The position numbers and the translations under genes were made by a program. Shown here piece by piece: positions 9,490-19,082 of a DNA stretch of 64,000 nt; position 1 is the stretch's first letter, and every line of letters begins with the position of its first letter. The stretch is taken from positions 640,001 to 704,000 of the forward strand of contig CBFIAK010000001.1 of NCBI GenBank assembly GCA_965660445.1, given 5' to 3'. The DNA is from Patescibacteria group bacterium. GTDB lineage: Bacteria > Patescibacteriota > Gracilibacteria > UBA4473. The notes under the pieces are model-generated. The model saw nothing but the letters and a program-made list of their open reading frames with translations. It had not been told where the DNA came from and searched no databases.

Positions 9490-9508
9490 ATTCCTGCCGC
9501 GCCTGCCA
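9490..9508 (+). repeat. attR-like duplication of the tRNA-Trp 3' end
   Basis: Exact 19-bp match to 5865-5883. Confidence 0.9.
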
Positions 9509-9636
9509 AAATCAAAAAAACTAAATTTTATATAAAAATTAAAGAGAATGAAAAAATAGATTAGAAAATCATATTTTTTTAAATAATAGATTTAATAAAT
9601 ATTGATAAAAAGTATTTTTTTTGATATAATAAAAGG

Positions 9637-10239
9637 ATGGAAAAAAATATAGAGACAGCCACTCAAGCATCAGATGATGTTACTGAGTTAGTTCCAGTGG
9701 GTGAAAATCCTATTACAGTTGAACATGAAATAGATAAAAAAGCAAAAGAGAAAGAAAGAGAGATAGCCCAAACACAAGAAAAAGACGAAAGAGAGAGGGA
9801 AGAAGCCGAAATATTAAAAATTAAGGAGATGATAGGGGGAAATAACTTTGATTATCCCGAATTCATGAATTTTGAACAACAAATTTTTGTTTCAGAAAAA
9901 CTCACGTCCGAAGAATATTCATCTGAAATATTTAAAAAATTTGGCTCTATAGATAATTGGTCACAAGAAGCTATATGGCTTTTTTCACATCATAGAGCGG
10001 AAATATTAGCAGTTGAAGGAAGGTTTCATGAAGCATTAAAAGATATTACCGTAGCATATAATAATAACATTTTTGATAATCAGGTTACTGTTGGTCTTCT
10101 CTATTTTTTATCAGGTGATCTAGACAGTTATAATTCACATTTAGAAAAACTAGAAGAAATTAAATCTGATGAAAAAAACTCATTAATCTTTCAGATTGAA
10201 GATATTAAAAAACAAGCCGGAACACCTCCCAAAACATAA
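9637..10239 (+). CDS. hypothetical protein (charged N-terminus, TPR-like helices)
   Basis: 200-aa ORF preceded by TTGATA…TATAAT and AAAAGG. Confidence 0.7.
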   Translation: MEKNIETATQASDDVTELVPVGENPITVEHEIDKKAKEKEREIAQTQEKDEREREEAEILKIKEMIGGNNFDYPEFMNFEQQIFVSEKLTSEEYSSEIFKKFGSIDNWSQEAIWLFSHHRAEILAVEGRFHEALKDITVAYNNNIFDNQVTVGLLYFLSGDLDSYNSHLEKLEEIKSDEKNSLIFQIEDIKKQAGTPPKT

Positions 10240-10265
10240 TAGTAAAACCTTGCCGATTAACTATT

Positions 10266-10300
10266 AAAACCTCTTATATCTTATGATAGAGAGGTTTTTT
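10266..10300 (+). terminator. intrinsic terminator
   Basis: AAAACCTC…GAGGTTTTTT hairpin after ORF 9637-10239. Confidence 0.6.
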
Positions 10301-10332
10301 GCTTTTTCACAAATTTTCTCCATACTTAAATT

Positions 10333-10902
10333 ATGGAAAAATGCAGATGTACTTGGGTTCCTAACAATGACTCTTTATATCAAGAATATCATGACACCCA
10401 ATGGGGGGTTCCCGTTTATGATGACCGATTATTATTTGAAATGTTAATTTTAGAAGGAGCACAGGCTGGCCTCTCTTGGCAAACGATACTTAAAAAACGG
10501 CAGAATTATAAAAAGGCTTTTGATAATTTCGATGCCATAAAGATATCAAAATACAAAGAAACAAAAATACATTCTCTCCTTCAGAATGAAGGTATTATTC
10601 GCAATAAACTCAAAATACAATCGACTATCAAAAACGCACAAGTATTTTTAGAAATCCAAAAAGAGTTTGGGAGTTTTTCTCATTACCTCTGGGGATTTGT
10701 AAACAATACTCCTATTCAAAATAAAATCACAAACCATTCAGATATTCCTACTACTTCTATTATTTCAGACACTCTATCAAAAGACCTAAAATCGAGAGGA
10801 ATGAATTTTGTAGGGTCAACTATTATCTATGCTTTTATGCAGGCGATTGGGATGGTCAACGACCACGAAAAAAAATGCTTTCGATATAAAGACCTTGCAT
10901 AA
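10333..10902 (+). CDS. tag: DNA-3-methyladenine glycosylase I
   Basis: RCxW, YHDTQWGVP, LEGAQAGLSW, IIRNKLKI and GMVNDH..C motifs. Confidence 0.96.
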   Translation: MEKCRCTWVPNNDSLYQEYHDTQWGVPVYDDRLLFEMLILEGAQAGLSWQTILKKRQNYKKAFDNFDAIKISKYKETKIHSLLQNEGIIRNKLKIQSTIKNAQVFLEIQKEFGSFSHYLWGFVNNTPIQNKITNHSDIPTTSIISDTLSKDLKSRGMNFVGSTIIYAFMQAIGMVNDHEKKCFRYKDLA

Positions 10903-10923
10903 GAAAACGGGCATCAAAGGAGA

Positions 10924-11200
10924 CTACTCTATCCCCAACGATCCCAATTTCTCAAACAAAAACTCTATTCTTTTATCTACAGACTCCTCTATTGTTGAAG
11001 CTTTATATTCAGGAATACAAATGACCCCAAATCCTCGGTTGGTATATTCCTCTTCCAAAAAATCTCGAATCTGTAGCGCTCCTTGATAATCAAATACTCT
11101 CCCACTCTCTTTCCGGTCATCAAAGTTTTCCAAAATTTCACACAAAAATACCGCATCATAATGAACTGACCCAGCCATATCTTCGAGTTCCGAAGAAATT
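10924..11200 (-). pseudogene. C-terminal remnant of a predicted AAA_28/NadR-type ATPase
   Basis: …ISSELEDMAGSVHYDAVFLCEIL…D.R.E…Y…G..VI.IP…S.DKRIEF resembles the AAA_28 C-terminal half; no Walker A; frame runs into the Mrr sequence. Confidence 0.45.
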
Positions 11201-11942
11201 TTCTGATTTCTTTTTCTCCAATAATGCCAGATTCATACTGCTTTACTTGTACCTGTAGTTGTATCTGAGCGACATTGTTGACTTCCAAAACTCCCTCGAA
11301 ATCAATCCCTCCATCACCAACTTTTCCTGTTTTTTGAGTTGCGGTAAACCCCAGTGACTGTAGTATATATGCTGCTAATTCTTCGAATTGATAGGCATCA
11401 AGTTCTTTAATTCGAGCTTTGATGATTTTATAAAACTCATCTGTATCAAATTCCTTTGGTTGTTCTGCATTGGGATGTAATTTGGGTTTTAATCCAAGTG
11501 CTTCGTATACTTCTCCTTCTTGTTTTATTTGGAAAAAAGTTAGAGAGCTACGCAGTGAATTTTGTAATGGAATAGAAAATTCATGACGATTGATGGTTTC
11601 TTTAAACCATTCTACGCCCCACCGATAAGGGTATTTGCTCGTATTATCTTCTTTGAAATAAAACTTTCCTTTTATTTTTCCTGCAAGTAATTGATTGTCT
11701 CGATACGGACAAAGAATAATATCGCCTTCTTTGATATCATGAATGAATCGATTAATTTGTCCGACATTTATTCGAACATTCCCGTCTGGATTGTCGGGAA
11801 AGTTTTTTCGATATGCATCTTCGATATTTTCTTTGGTATAAGCAGGAAGGCTTGTCTGAAGCCACCCAATTCCAACATAACCATGTTCACGGAATGTATC
11901 GGTAAATTGACCAAATTCGGCACGGATAACAAAAACACTCAT
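10989..11942 (-). pseudogene. Mrr-like restriction endonuclease, C-terminally truncated/fused
   Basis: FEELAAYILQSLGF…GDGGIDFEG…VQVKQY Mrr_cat core; similarity is lost after KEIRKF (~11200), where the ORF continues over unrelated sequence. Confidence 0.7.
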
Positions 11943-11993
11943 GCAGTTATTGTAGCTTTTTTTCTATTTTTTCAAACAAAGCAACCTATGAAA

Positions 11994-12575
11994 TTAGTAC
12001 TTCCGTGGAAAATGTTCTTTGCCTAATTGCCACAAATACTTATCGATTTGTTTCAAATCAAACTCTTCTAAATTATAAAATTCTCTAAATTTCAGGAGAA
12101 TGTTTTTAAAATCAGGATAAGTCTTTAGGTCGGCACTTTTAAAACTACAAAACTTATCTTTCTTTTTGAAATACATCAGGATTTTCTCCAAATATGAATC
12201 GTAAATCGGATATACAATTGGTTTGTGATGGCTACAGTATTTTGTTGCAAAGGAATAGAAGTTCTTGAAAATCCCTTCTTTTACTTCTACATAGGCAATT
12301 TCGTTTACAATTTCCAGATTCTCTTTATTTAGCTTTTGATCAATATTTAAAGCCACAATGTGCTTTGCGACTGCAAATGGAGAAAAAATATTAGTGCTAT
12401 AAAAATCATTCAAAGCACATACTTTTATGAGGACATCATCAAGTTCTGTATTCGTTGGATACGTCTTTGAAAAAAGTTTCTTCAAACTACTTTCTTGTGA
12501 CACATAACTATCGAGAGAATCCCATTTCTTGAGATAATGTTGAACTTCTTGGGGAGCAGGAAAGGGAATGTTCAT
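11994..12575 (-). CDS. HhH-GPD-like (DNA glycosylase-fold) hypothetical protein
   Basis: NFYSFATKYCSHH.P..YPIYDS and terminal IDKYLW motifs. Confidence 0.6.
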   Translation of the reverse strand: MNIPFPAPQEVQHYLKKWDSLDSYVSQESSLKKLFSKTYPTNTELDDVLIKVCALNDFYSTNIFSPFAVAKHIVALNIDQKLNKENLEIVNEIAYVEVKEGIFKNFYSFATKYCSHHKPIVYPIYDSYLEKILMYFKKKDKFCSFKSADLKTYPDFKNILLKFREFYNLEEFDLKQIDKYLWQLGKEHFPRKY

Positions 12576-12577
12576 TT

Positions 12578-14077
12578 TTAATTTATTTGAAGTTCTTCAA
12601 TTCCATCTTTCAATACCATTGTAGCAATACAGTCATCTTCGTTATAAAGCAGTATTCTTTCTAATATTTTGGGATCCTTTTTTTCTATGTAGTCATTGAA
12701 CCATTGGATTGATAAAGCTCCTGATGGGCTTTCATCACGCCACCGAAATCCTAGATATTGGGCGATTGCCTTTAATCCATAACTTCCAAGTGGCCAGTCA
12801 GTATCCCTTAATACTATCTGATAAAGGTCTATTACATTTGGATTTTGGAAAAATGCTTCTAATGCATCTTCATTTATTACATTAGGGTATTGTTTTTGCA
12901 TTCGACGGTATGTTGTTTTTTCATGGTGTGAATAGTAATAAACAGCGAAATCATCTTGAGGAAGAGATTTAATATAGTCCCAAAATTTTTTCCATGCTTC
13001 CTCTTCAGCCTTTTCTGAAATTTCTGTAGCAGTAAAATCTAAAAACCTTTCTCCTTGCGGTGATCGTTCATAAACCCCGTGTAAGTAGACAAATTCTTGA
13101 GTTGGGTCGTCTTCAATATCAAAAAATAATTCGTAAGTCACTTCTGGGAATACTATTGGGACATGGGCTATCGGTTTTTGAGTTTCGAGCATAATTCCGG
13201 CTCGATTAATAAGCTTTGAAAGAGTTTTTTCTCCCACGCCCTTGAGGAAGGATTTATCTTTTTTCTTTTGTTCAATGGTGCTTTCAATATCTAGTGTTAG
13301 AAGTTCTTCTACTTTATCAATCCCTAGTTCTTCGTTCATTTTATCTCGAACACTTCGTCCAAGATAAAAAATCTTTGTAAGATCCTGTTCGTCTTCACAC
13401 CATTTTTTACAACTATTATACCAAGGACAAAGTTTACAAATTCCCGCCATAGCAGGCTTATTTTGATCTTTATTTTGTAGAAGCAATGAAACATGGTGTT
13501 TAATCTGTTCATAGTATTCCCAAAATGTTTGCTGATTTCTCTTTCCAATAGGAGCGTCAAATTCATATAAAACTTCATTTCCATGTCCATCAAGTATTTT
13601 CCCAAATCTATAACTTCCAAAACCAAGTTTATGAAGAATTTCTGAGTATAAACAAAGTTGGACTGCGTAATGTTTTTTGGGTTTGCCTTCTTCCCCATTT
13701 TCGTCATCTACGCCTTCAAGTCCCATTCCCGATTTAATATCAATAGGAATATATCCACCATCTGGCATGCGTCTTAATAAATCAGGAATCCCAAGAAGAT
13801 TATCTGACCGAATAACCCCTTGATAAATCAAATCAACTCCGTTGTTTATGGCATCCATTGTTTTCTGAAAACGCTCATCTATTGATCCTTCCCCCATATC
13901 CTCAAATTCTCCAATTTTCTGAATCATCTTTTCCTCATGTTGAACTCCTTTTTTCCAAAGAAGTTCCACAAAAGGATTGGCGTCCTGTATCTTTTCCACT
14001 TGGTCCCCATGCTTATCTCTCCACACTTTATGTGGACACTGAATATAATCGTAGAGCTTTGAAGCTGTTATATACAT
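12578..14077 (-). CDS. TM0106-family RecB/Cas4-like nuclease with C-terminal RNase H-like domain
   Basis: PDLL…IDIK…QLCLY PD-(D/E)xK core; CPH plus CKLCPWYNSC four-Cys set; FFDIE…YNEDDC exonuclease-like motifs. Confidence 0.9.
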   Translation of the reverse strand: MYITASKLYDYIQCPHKVWRDKHGDQVEKIQDANPFVELLWKKGVQHEEKMIQKIGEFEDMGEGSIDERFQKTMDAINNGVDLIYQGVIRSDNLLGIPDLLRRMPDGGYIPIDIKSGMGLEGVDDENGEEGKPKKHYAVQLCLYSEILHKLGFGSYRFGKILDGHGNEVLYEFDAPIGKRNQQTFWEYYEQIKHHVSLLLQNKDQNKPAMAGICKLCPWYNSCKKWCEDEQDLTKIFYLGRSVRDKMNEELGIDKVEELLTLDIESTIEQKKKDKSFLKGVGEKTLSKLINRAGIMLETQKPIAHVPIVFPEVTYELFFDIEDDPTQEFVYLHGVYERSPQGERFLDFTATEISEKAEEEAWKKFWDYIKSLPQDDFAVYYYSHHEKTTYRRMQKQYPNVINEDALEAFFQNPNVIDLYQIVLRDTDWPLGSYGLKAIAQYLGFRWRDESPSGALSIQWFNDYIEKKDPKILERILLYNEDDCIATMVLKDGIEELQIN

Positions 14078-14080
14078 AAA

Positions 14081-15724
14081 TTATTTTTTTCTATTTAATC
14101 GTCTATCTCGCAATTTCTTCCAAATACTTCTGAGGATAAAGACTTCTTCTTTTTTAAAATTATGCTGTTTGATGAGAAGTTCGTTATCAACTATGTCTAA
14201 AATTTCATCTATCTTTTTCTCTCTCATTAATTGATCGATCTTATCGAAATCTAACTGTATTTCTTTTAGTATCGGAATTCTAATTTCTCCGATCTCAGTT
14301 GGTTCAAAAGTCATTACTCCTCCTCCATAACTACGTCCTGTTACTTCAGAAAAAGCAAAGGAGAGAGAATTTAAAAATGAAATAGCTGCCAATTTCTTAT
14401 TGATCCCGTCTTTGAATTTTACTCGATGGACTGTGTCTGTTGGCATTGCATCAGTTCCATTGAGAATCAATTTGGGGTAATCATTTATCTGTCTTAATGC
14501 AAAAGCATCCGGTGCCCATAAAGACGGTGTTATATACCAATTCTTACGTATTCTACATTTATAGCCAGTATGATAATTTTGATCTTCCCCAAAATTTATA
14601 TACTTTTGGCAAACTTGAGGAAGTTTAGATTTTTCAATATTTTCTGGCATAAAAAGATAAACATCATCTAGAGATTTCGAATTTTTTTGAAAATCAAGCT
14701 TGGAAAAGTTAATTCCTCGTAATTGGTTTGAGCGACTGACTGCTGGTATTACATATGAAGAAAGCTTCCACTCTTTTACTTGATTTTCATTCATCATGAA
14801 AAACTTATTTTGTCCTGTAACAATTCCCACATTTGTGATCATTATTTCAGAACACGAACAGACTCTTTCATCATTTTTAAATCTTTTTAATAGATTTATT
14901 TCTTCTTCTGTTAAAAAGTATTTAGTCCACTTTTCTGAACTATGATCAATCGGTTTCACATTTGATCCATTTATTTTCTCAAAATTTAGAGATTTAAGAT
15001 CATCTAGATTTTCACATTCTATCGTTCGTATTCCCTTTCCATGAGTTACTTTTTTTTCACACAGCAAAAGAACTACTTCTTGTTGAATATCAGAAAATAC
15101 TAATTTTTTAAAGGTTATAATATTAATTCGGTCAAAATATTTCGATAAAAATATCCTTGTTTCTGCTGCGTATTTTACTTGAAATAATTCGGCAGGAATA
15201 ACCATTGCAAGTTTCCCTTTTTCCGTTAGAAGAGATGCTGAAATTACTAAAAATGGAACCCAAATATTAGTTAGTTTATTGGGAGAAAGCCCCAAATCAT
15301 TCATCATTTTTATTGCAATCGATCGGTGATCTTCTGGGAAATTCTGGTATCTAATGAACGGAGGATTTCCAAGAACAACATCATATTTTTCTTTTTTATT
15401 ATTTATGTAATGAAAGAAATCGCTATTAGTAATTATGTCAGGATCAATACCTAATTTCTTTGTGCGATTTTGAGCTCTTAATGCTTCCTCTGGCATTAAT
15501 TCAACTCCTCTTAGTGTTTTACTTATTTGATCATTTTTTAAGCCTAGTTTTTTGAGCCTCAAAATAGAAGATTCTATAAAATTCCCATCACCGCAACTAG
15601 GTTCTAGTATTTTTTTTGTATTTTTTTCGATTCCCCAATTACACAAAAATTCAGTTATTTTTTCAGGAGTATAATATCCTCCTCTTAGTTTTTGTGTCTG
15701 AGTATTCTTTGTTTTATTTTTCAT
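14081..15724 (-). CDS. N6-adenine DNA methyltransferase (Eco57I/BpmI companion type)
   Basis: GGYYTP, LEPSCGDG, NPPF and GRSYGGGV motifs; 547 aa. Confidence 0.93.
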   Translation of the reverse strand: MKNKTKNTQTQKLRGGYYTPEKITEFLCNWGIEKNTKKILEPSCGDGNFIESSILRLKKLGLKNDQISKTLRGVELMPEEALRAQNRTKKLGIDPDIITNSDFFHYINNKKEKYDVVLGNPPFIRYQNFPEDHRSIAIKMMNDLGLSPNKLTNIWVPFLVISASLLTEKGKLAMVIPAELFQVKYAAETRIFLSKYFDRINIITFKKLVFSDIQQEVVLLLCEKKVTHGKGIRTIECENLDDLKSLNFEKINGSNVKPIDHSSEKWTKYFLTEEEINLLKRFKNDERVCSCSEIMITNVGIVTGQNKFFMMNENQVKEWKLSSYVIPAVSRSNQLRGINFSKLDFQKNSKSLDDVYLFMPENIEKSKLPQVCQKYINFGEDQNYHTGYKCRIRKNWYITPSLWAPDAFALRQINDYPKLILNGTDAMPTDTVHRVKFKDGINKKLAAISFLNSLSFAFSEVTGRSYGGGVMTFEPTEIGEIRIPILKEIQLDFDKIDQLMREKKIDEILDIVDNELLIKQHNFKKEEVFILRSIWKKLRDRRLNRKK

Positions 15725-15728
15725 GAAT

Positions 15729-18700
15729 TTATGTATTATCAGTTAATTCCGAAAGGAATGTATTATTACTTGTTGCTAATTTAAAATCGTCATTACTGAT
15801 GTTATAAATTTTATTAATTTTTTTTATTAATTTTTCCATCAATACATCTATTTTTCGTTCAAATACTGATTTTTCAGTGTCAAAAGATTTATTAAATTTA
15901 TCCTTTGTTTTAATTAGTTCTTTTACTAGTTTTATTATTTCTTCATAGTCGGCAATTTCCTCAGCATTTTGAAAATCAATCAACCGAATAGGAAGATTCT
16001 CAATAAATTGTTTTCCATGAGAATAGTAAGCACCTCTGAATTCACTGGCACCCGCTTTTACCATGTTTTCAAAGACTGGATGAGAGAGGATTCCAAGTAA
16101 GTAAAAAATAGAGTAATCACTATTTTGTAATAAAGAATAATAGGGTCCATTTCCCCCGCCAGTAAACTGTAGATCGTTATTATCAAAAATATAAGCAGGC
16201 TCAGTTGATAAAACTGACCATATAAGCTTTGGTGCGTTGTGAAATCGCGTCAAACTTTGAGAACGACCGAATTGATACCATTTAGGATCACGACCATTTA
16301 GGCTTCTAACTTCTAGAACAGCTTTATGCTTATTTAAATACTCCCAACACAAAGGATATTCAGTTTGAAGAAATTTCTCAGAAAATAACTCAGCCCGATC
16401 TGTTATCTTATATGGGAAAATCATTTGAGCATTTCCGCTAATGGTATCAAATAAATCAAAAGATAGATCATATATGCAGGGGCGACATATATCCTTCTCT
16501 ATTTCATAACGAATACCATCTTTAGAAAAAATAAATTTCTCATTCGTTTCATTTTCGGGAGTGAATATATAAATAGGATCTTTACTGGTTTGAAGTCCCA
16601 CCGCAATTTCTGCCACCTCTTTTAATTTTTTTATATTTTGAGAATAAATATTATTAAATATGGCTTCTACTTCTGGTTGCAAGAAGATCCATGGATCGCT
16701 GTTGTATTTTTCGGTCTTATAGGTTCCCCATGTGTTGTCTGATAAAATTTCCGGAGTAATTTTATCTATTTTTTTGAATTGGAAATTATTGGTATGTTCT
16801 TTTTGAATAACAATAATTGCAGTGTAAGTGGATCTTTCAGGGAAAATCTGTGTTATTCCAAAATGAACAAGCTTTGACAGCTGACTATTTTCTGTAATAT
16901 ATTTTCTTAAGCTTTTCCCTCCCTTGTTTATAAAGAATTTATGTGGAACGATATAACCAAGAAATCCCTTGGCATTTAATAGTAAGATTGCTCTTTGTAT
17001 GAATACGTAATACTTATCAATACTTTCTTTTGTTGCAACACTAAATCCGGAGTCTTTGGATTGATAGTATTTAATTTCTTCAGGAGTGTATTTAACAAGA
17101 TTCTGAATTCGAACATATGGAGGGTTTCCGACGATAGCGTCAAATCCTTTGGTACTCTTTAAAAATGGAAATTCTTTCTCCCAATCAAATGGTTTTGTTC
17201 TTAACAACAAAGTATCGCTTAAAGACGACCCCATGAAATCATAAAATTTTGAATCAACTAGCGAATTACCACATTTTATATTTTCTTTTAGATCTGGGAG
17301 TACTCTTTCTGAGAATTGATCGATAAAATTATCGACAGTTGCTGCTGTTTCATCCTCCAATAATTTCAAGAGAAGACTAAATTTAGTTACTTCTGCTGCA
17401 TAAGGGTTTATATCTACTCCATGAATGATGTTTTCAAGAATTTTCCTTTTGGAATTTACGGTAAGAGCAAAACTGTTGTCGCTTTTTTTAATTATTAATT
17501 TTTGATCATCAACGCCTTCTTCTATGAATTTCTCAATAATGGTTCGAAGCAAATAATCATAGGATGAAATTAAAAAAGTTCCTGATCCACAACATATGTC
17601 AGAAATTTTTAGTTTTAATATTTCATCAGAAGTTTTTTCACTAATTATTGGGTTCAAAGTTTCTTGTACAATTTTTTCCACTATAATTTTTGGAGTTGGA
17701 ACAACTCCATTAGATGCGGAAACTTCAGGCTCTTCCAATATTGAAAGCTGCCTTTTTTCATCAAGAACGATTTTGCTTCCTAGGAATTTTTCATAAATTT
17801 GACTAAGTATGCTGGTATCAACAACAGAAAAGTCGTAAGGACTTAGGGGATAGTAAAGCTCACTGAATACTTCAATTAAAACCTCAGAATCAATTTCTAT
17901 CTTGAGTGATAATCTATCTTCAATAAAATCAAATAACCCCGAATTATATTTTTTATCTGACTGAATAAATATCTCTTTTAATGCTTTATAATCTTTGATA
18001 TTTTTTAGTGTTTCAAATTTCTCGATTGATCGATCTTCACAAATTCTTAAAAATATAATTTTATTAAGAAGTCGTTGAATTAAGAAATTTATACTTTCAT
18101 TATCAATTTCTTTATTCAGCTTAACTGCTGACTCTGCCAAGGTTTTTCTCCATTTTTCAATTTGTTCTAGGAAATGATTATCAAACGTTTCTCCCATCCT
18201 TTCATAGACGGAGTAAAGATCATCTATTCGCCCAGAAGCAGCTGAATGATAAGAAATTATGTCCTGTATTTCTTCAAACGCCTTTTCATATTCGGTATAT
18301 TTGAATTTTTTAATTCTTGCTACGTGTTCTCCATCTGAAGAATTAGGTTTAAATCTGCAATCATAAATAACCAGGTCTTCAAAATTTGTAAGAATTGATA
18401 TTCCAAGATTTGCATTCCATCCATATCTTCTTGTTTGAAAAGCAGATTTTGCAGATTTAAGGATATTAACACTGGGTTTTTTTGCTTCAACAAAAAGTTT
18501 TCTGGTTCCGTTAACTCGGAGTGTGTAGTCGGGATTTTTTTTGGAAATAGAATCTTCGACCTCAATATATTCCTCTTGAATTACATCTCTCAAAAATTGA
18601 GTTTGTCTTTTTTTATTATCAACATCCCATCCAAGCGATTTTAAAAGGGGGTCAATAAAATCATTTCGCAGTTGAGTTTCATTATATGAAGCCTTTAGAT

Positions 18701-18752
18701 AATTAGACCTGTGTTGTTTGTATTTGTTAACCAGTGTTGAAATATCTGTCAT
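15729..18752 (-). CDS. type IIG restriction-modification fusion enzyme (Eco57I/BpmI family)
   Basis: YNETQLRNDFIDP, PDY…VEAK nuclease motif; DICCGSG and NPPY MTase motifs; C-terminal TRD; 1007 aa. Confidence 0.93.
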   Translation of the reverse strand: MTDISTLVNKYKQHRSNYLKASYNETQLRNDFIDPLLKSLGWDVDNKKRQTQFLRDVIQEEYIEVEDSISKKNPDYTLRVNGTRKLFVEAKKPSVNILKSAKSAFQTRRYGWNANLGISILTNFEDLVIYDCRFKPNSSDGEHVARIKKFKYTEYEKAFEEIQDIISYHSAASGRIDDLYSVYERMGETFDNHFLEQIEKWRKTLAESAVKLNKEIDNESINFLIQRLLNKIIFLRICEDRSIEKFETLKNIKDYKALKEIFIQSDKKYNSGLFDFIEDRLSLKIEIDSEVLIEVFSELYYPLSPYDFSVVDTSILSQIYEKFLGSKIVLDEKRQLSILEEPEVSASNGVVPTPKIIVEKIVQETLNPIISEKTSDEILKLKISDICCGSGTFLISSYDYLLRTIIEKFIEEGVDDQKLIIKKSDNSFALTVNSKRKILENIIHGVDINPYAAEVTKFSLLLKLLEDETAATVDNFIDQFSERVLPDLKENIKCGNSLVDSKFYDFMGSSLSDTLLLRTKPFDWEKEFPFLKSTKGFDAIVGNPPYVRIQNLVKYTPEEIKYYQSKDSGFSVATKESIDKYYVFIQRAILLLNAKGFLGYIVPHKFFINKGGKSLRKYITENSQLSKLVHFGITQIFPERSTYTAIIVIQKEHTNNFQFKKIDKITPEILSDNTWGTYKTEKYNSDPWIFLQPEVEAIFNNIYSQNIKKLKEVAEIAVGLQTSKDPIYIFTPENETNEKFIFSKDGIRYEIEKDICRPCIYDLSFDLFDTISGNAQMIFPYKITDRAELFSEKFLQTEYPLCWEYLNKHKAVLEVRSLNGRDPKWYQFGRSQSLTRFHNAPKLIWSVLSTEPAYIFDNNDLQFTGGGNGPYYSLLQNSDYSIFYLLGILSHPVFENMVKAGASEFRGAYYSHGKQFIENLPIRLIDFQNAEEIADYEEIIKLVKELIKTKDKFNKSFDTEKSVFERKIDVLMEKLIKKINKIYNISNDDFKLATSNNTFLSELTDNT

Positions 18753-18757
18753 GAAAT

Positions 18758-18979
18758 TTAAGATATTAGTTGATCAAGAGTAATTTCTAATCCTTCAGCA
18801 ATTTTAGTTGCCGTTGGAAGCGTTGGACTTTTAATTACATCGCTTTCAATCTTAGCGAGTGTGGTATATGGAATATCAGCTTTTCGTGCCAAAGCCTCTT
18901 GAGTAAGCTTCCTTTTCGCACGCCAAGCTTTTATTTTTTGCCCGATACTTCGCTCTTCCTTTTGTTTTTTTTCTTCCAT
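18758..18979 (-). CDS. XRE-family HTH regulator (R-M controller-like)
   Basis: IKAWRAKRKLTQEALARKADIPYTTLAKIES HTH_3 pattern; 5 bp upstream of the R-M gene. Confidence 0.9.
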   Translation of the reverse strand: MEEKKQKEERSIGQKIKAWRAKRKLTQEALARKADIPYTTLAKIESDVIKSPTLPTATKIAEGLEITLDQLIS

Positions 18980-19082
18980 AGTGTGAAAGTATTACTCTGT
19001 TATATTAATCTTAATTAATAACTCAAAATTATCAAAGAAAACAGAGAAACAATTTGCTCTATTTTCATGTTTCACAAAATCT

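Larger units (their letters stand above)
5865..9508. mobile_element. tRNA-Trp-integrated island (tandem mini-elements, no integrase)
   Basis: Perfect 19-bp direct repeat ATTCCTGCCGCGCCTGCCA at 5865-5883 and 9490-9508; internal diverged tRNA 3' end at 8008-8027. Confidence 0.85.

Noticed and set aside
12578-14077. CRISPR-Cas locus suggested by the Cas4-like motifs
   Set aside because: No cas1/cas2 or effector genes, and no repeat-spacer array seen anywhere in the window.
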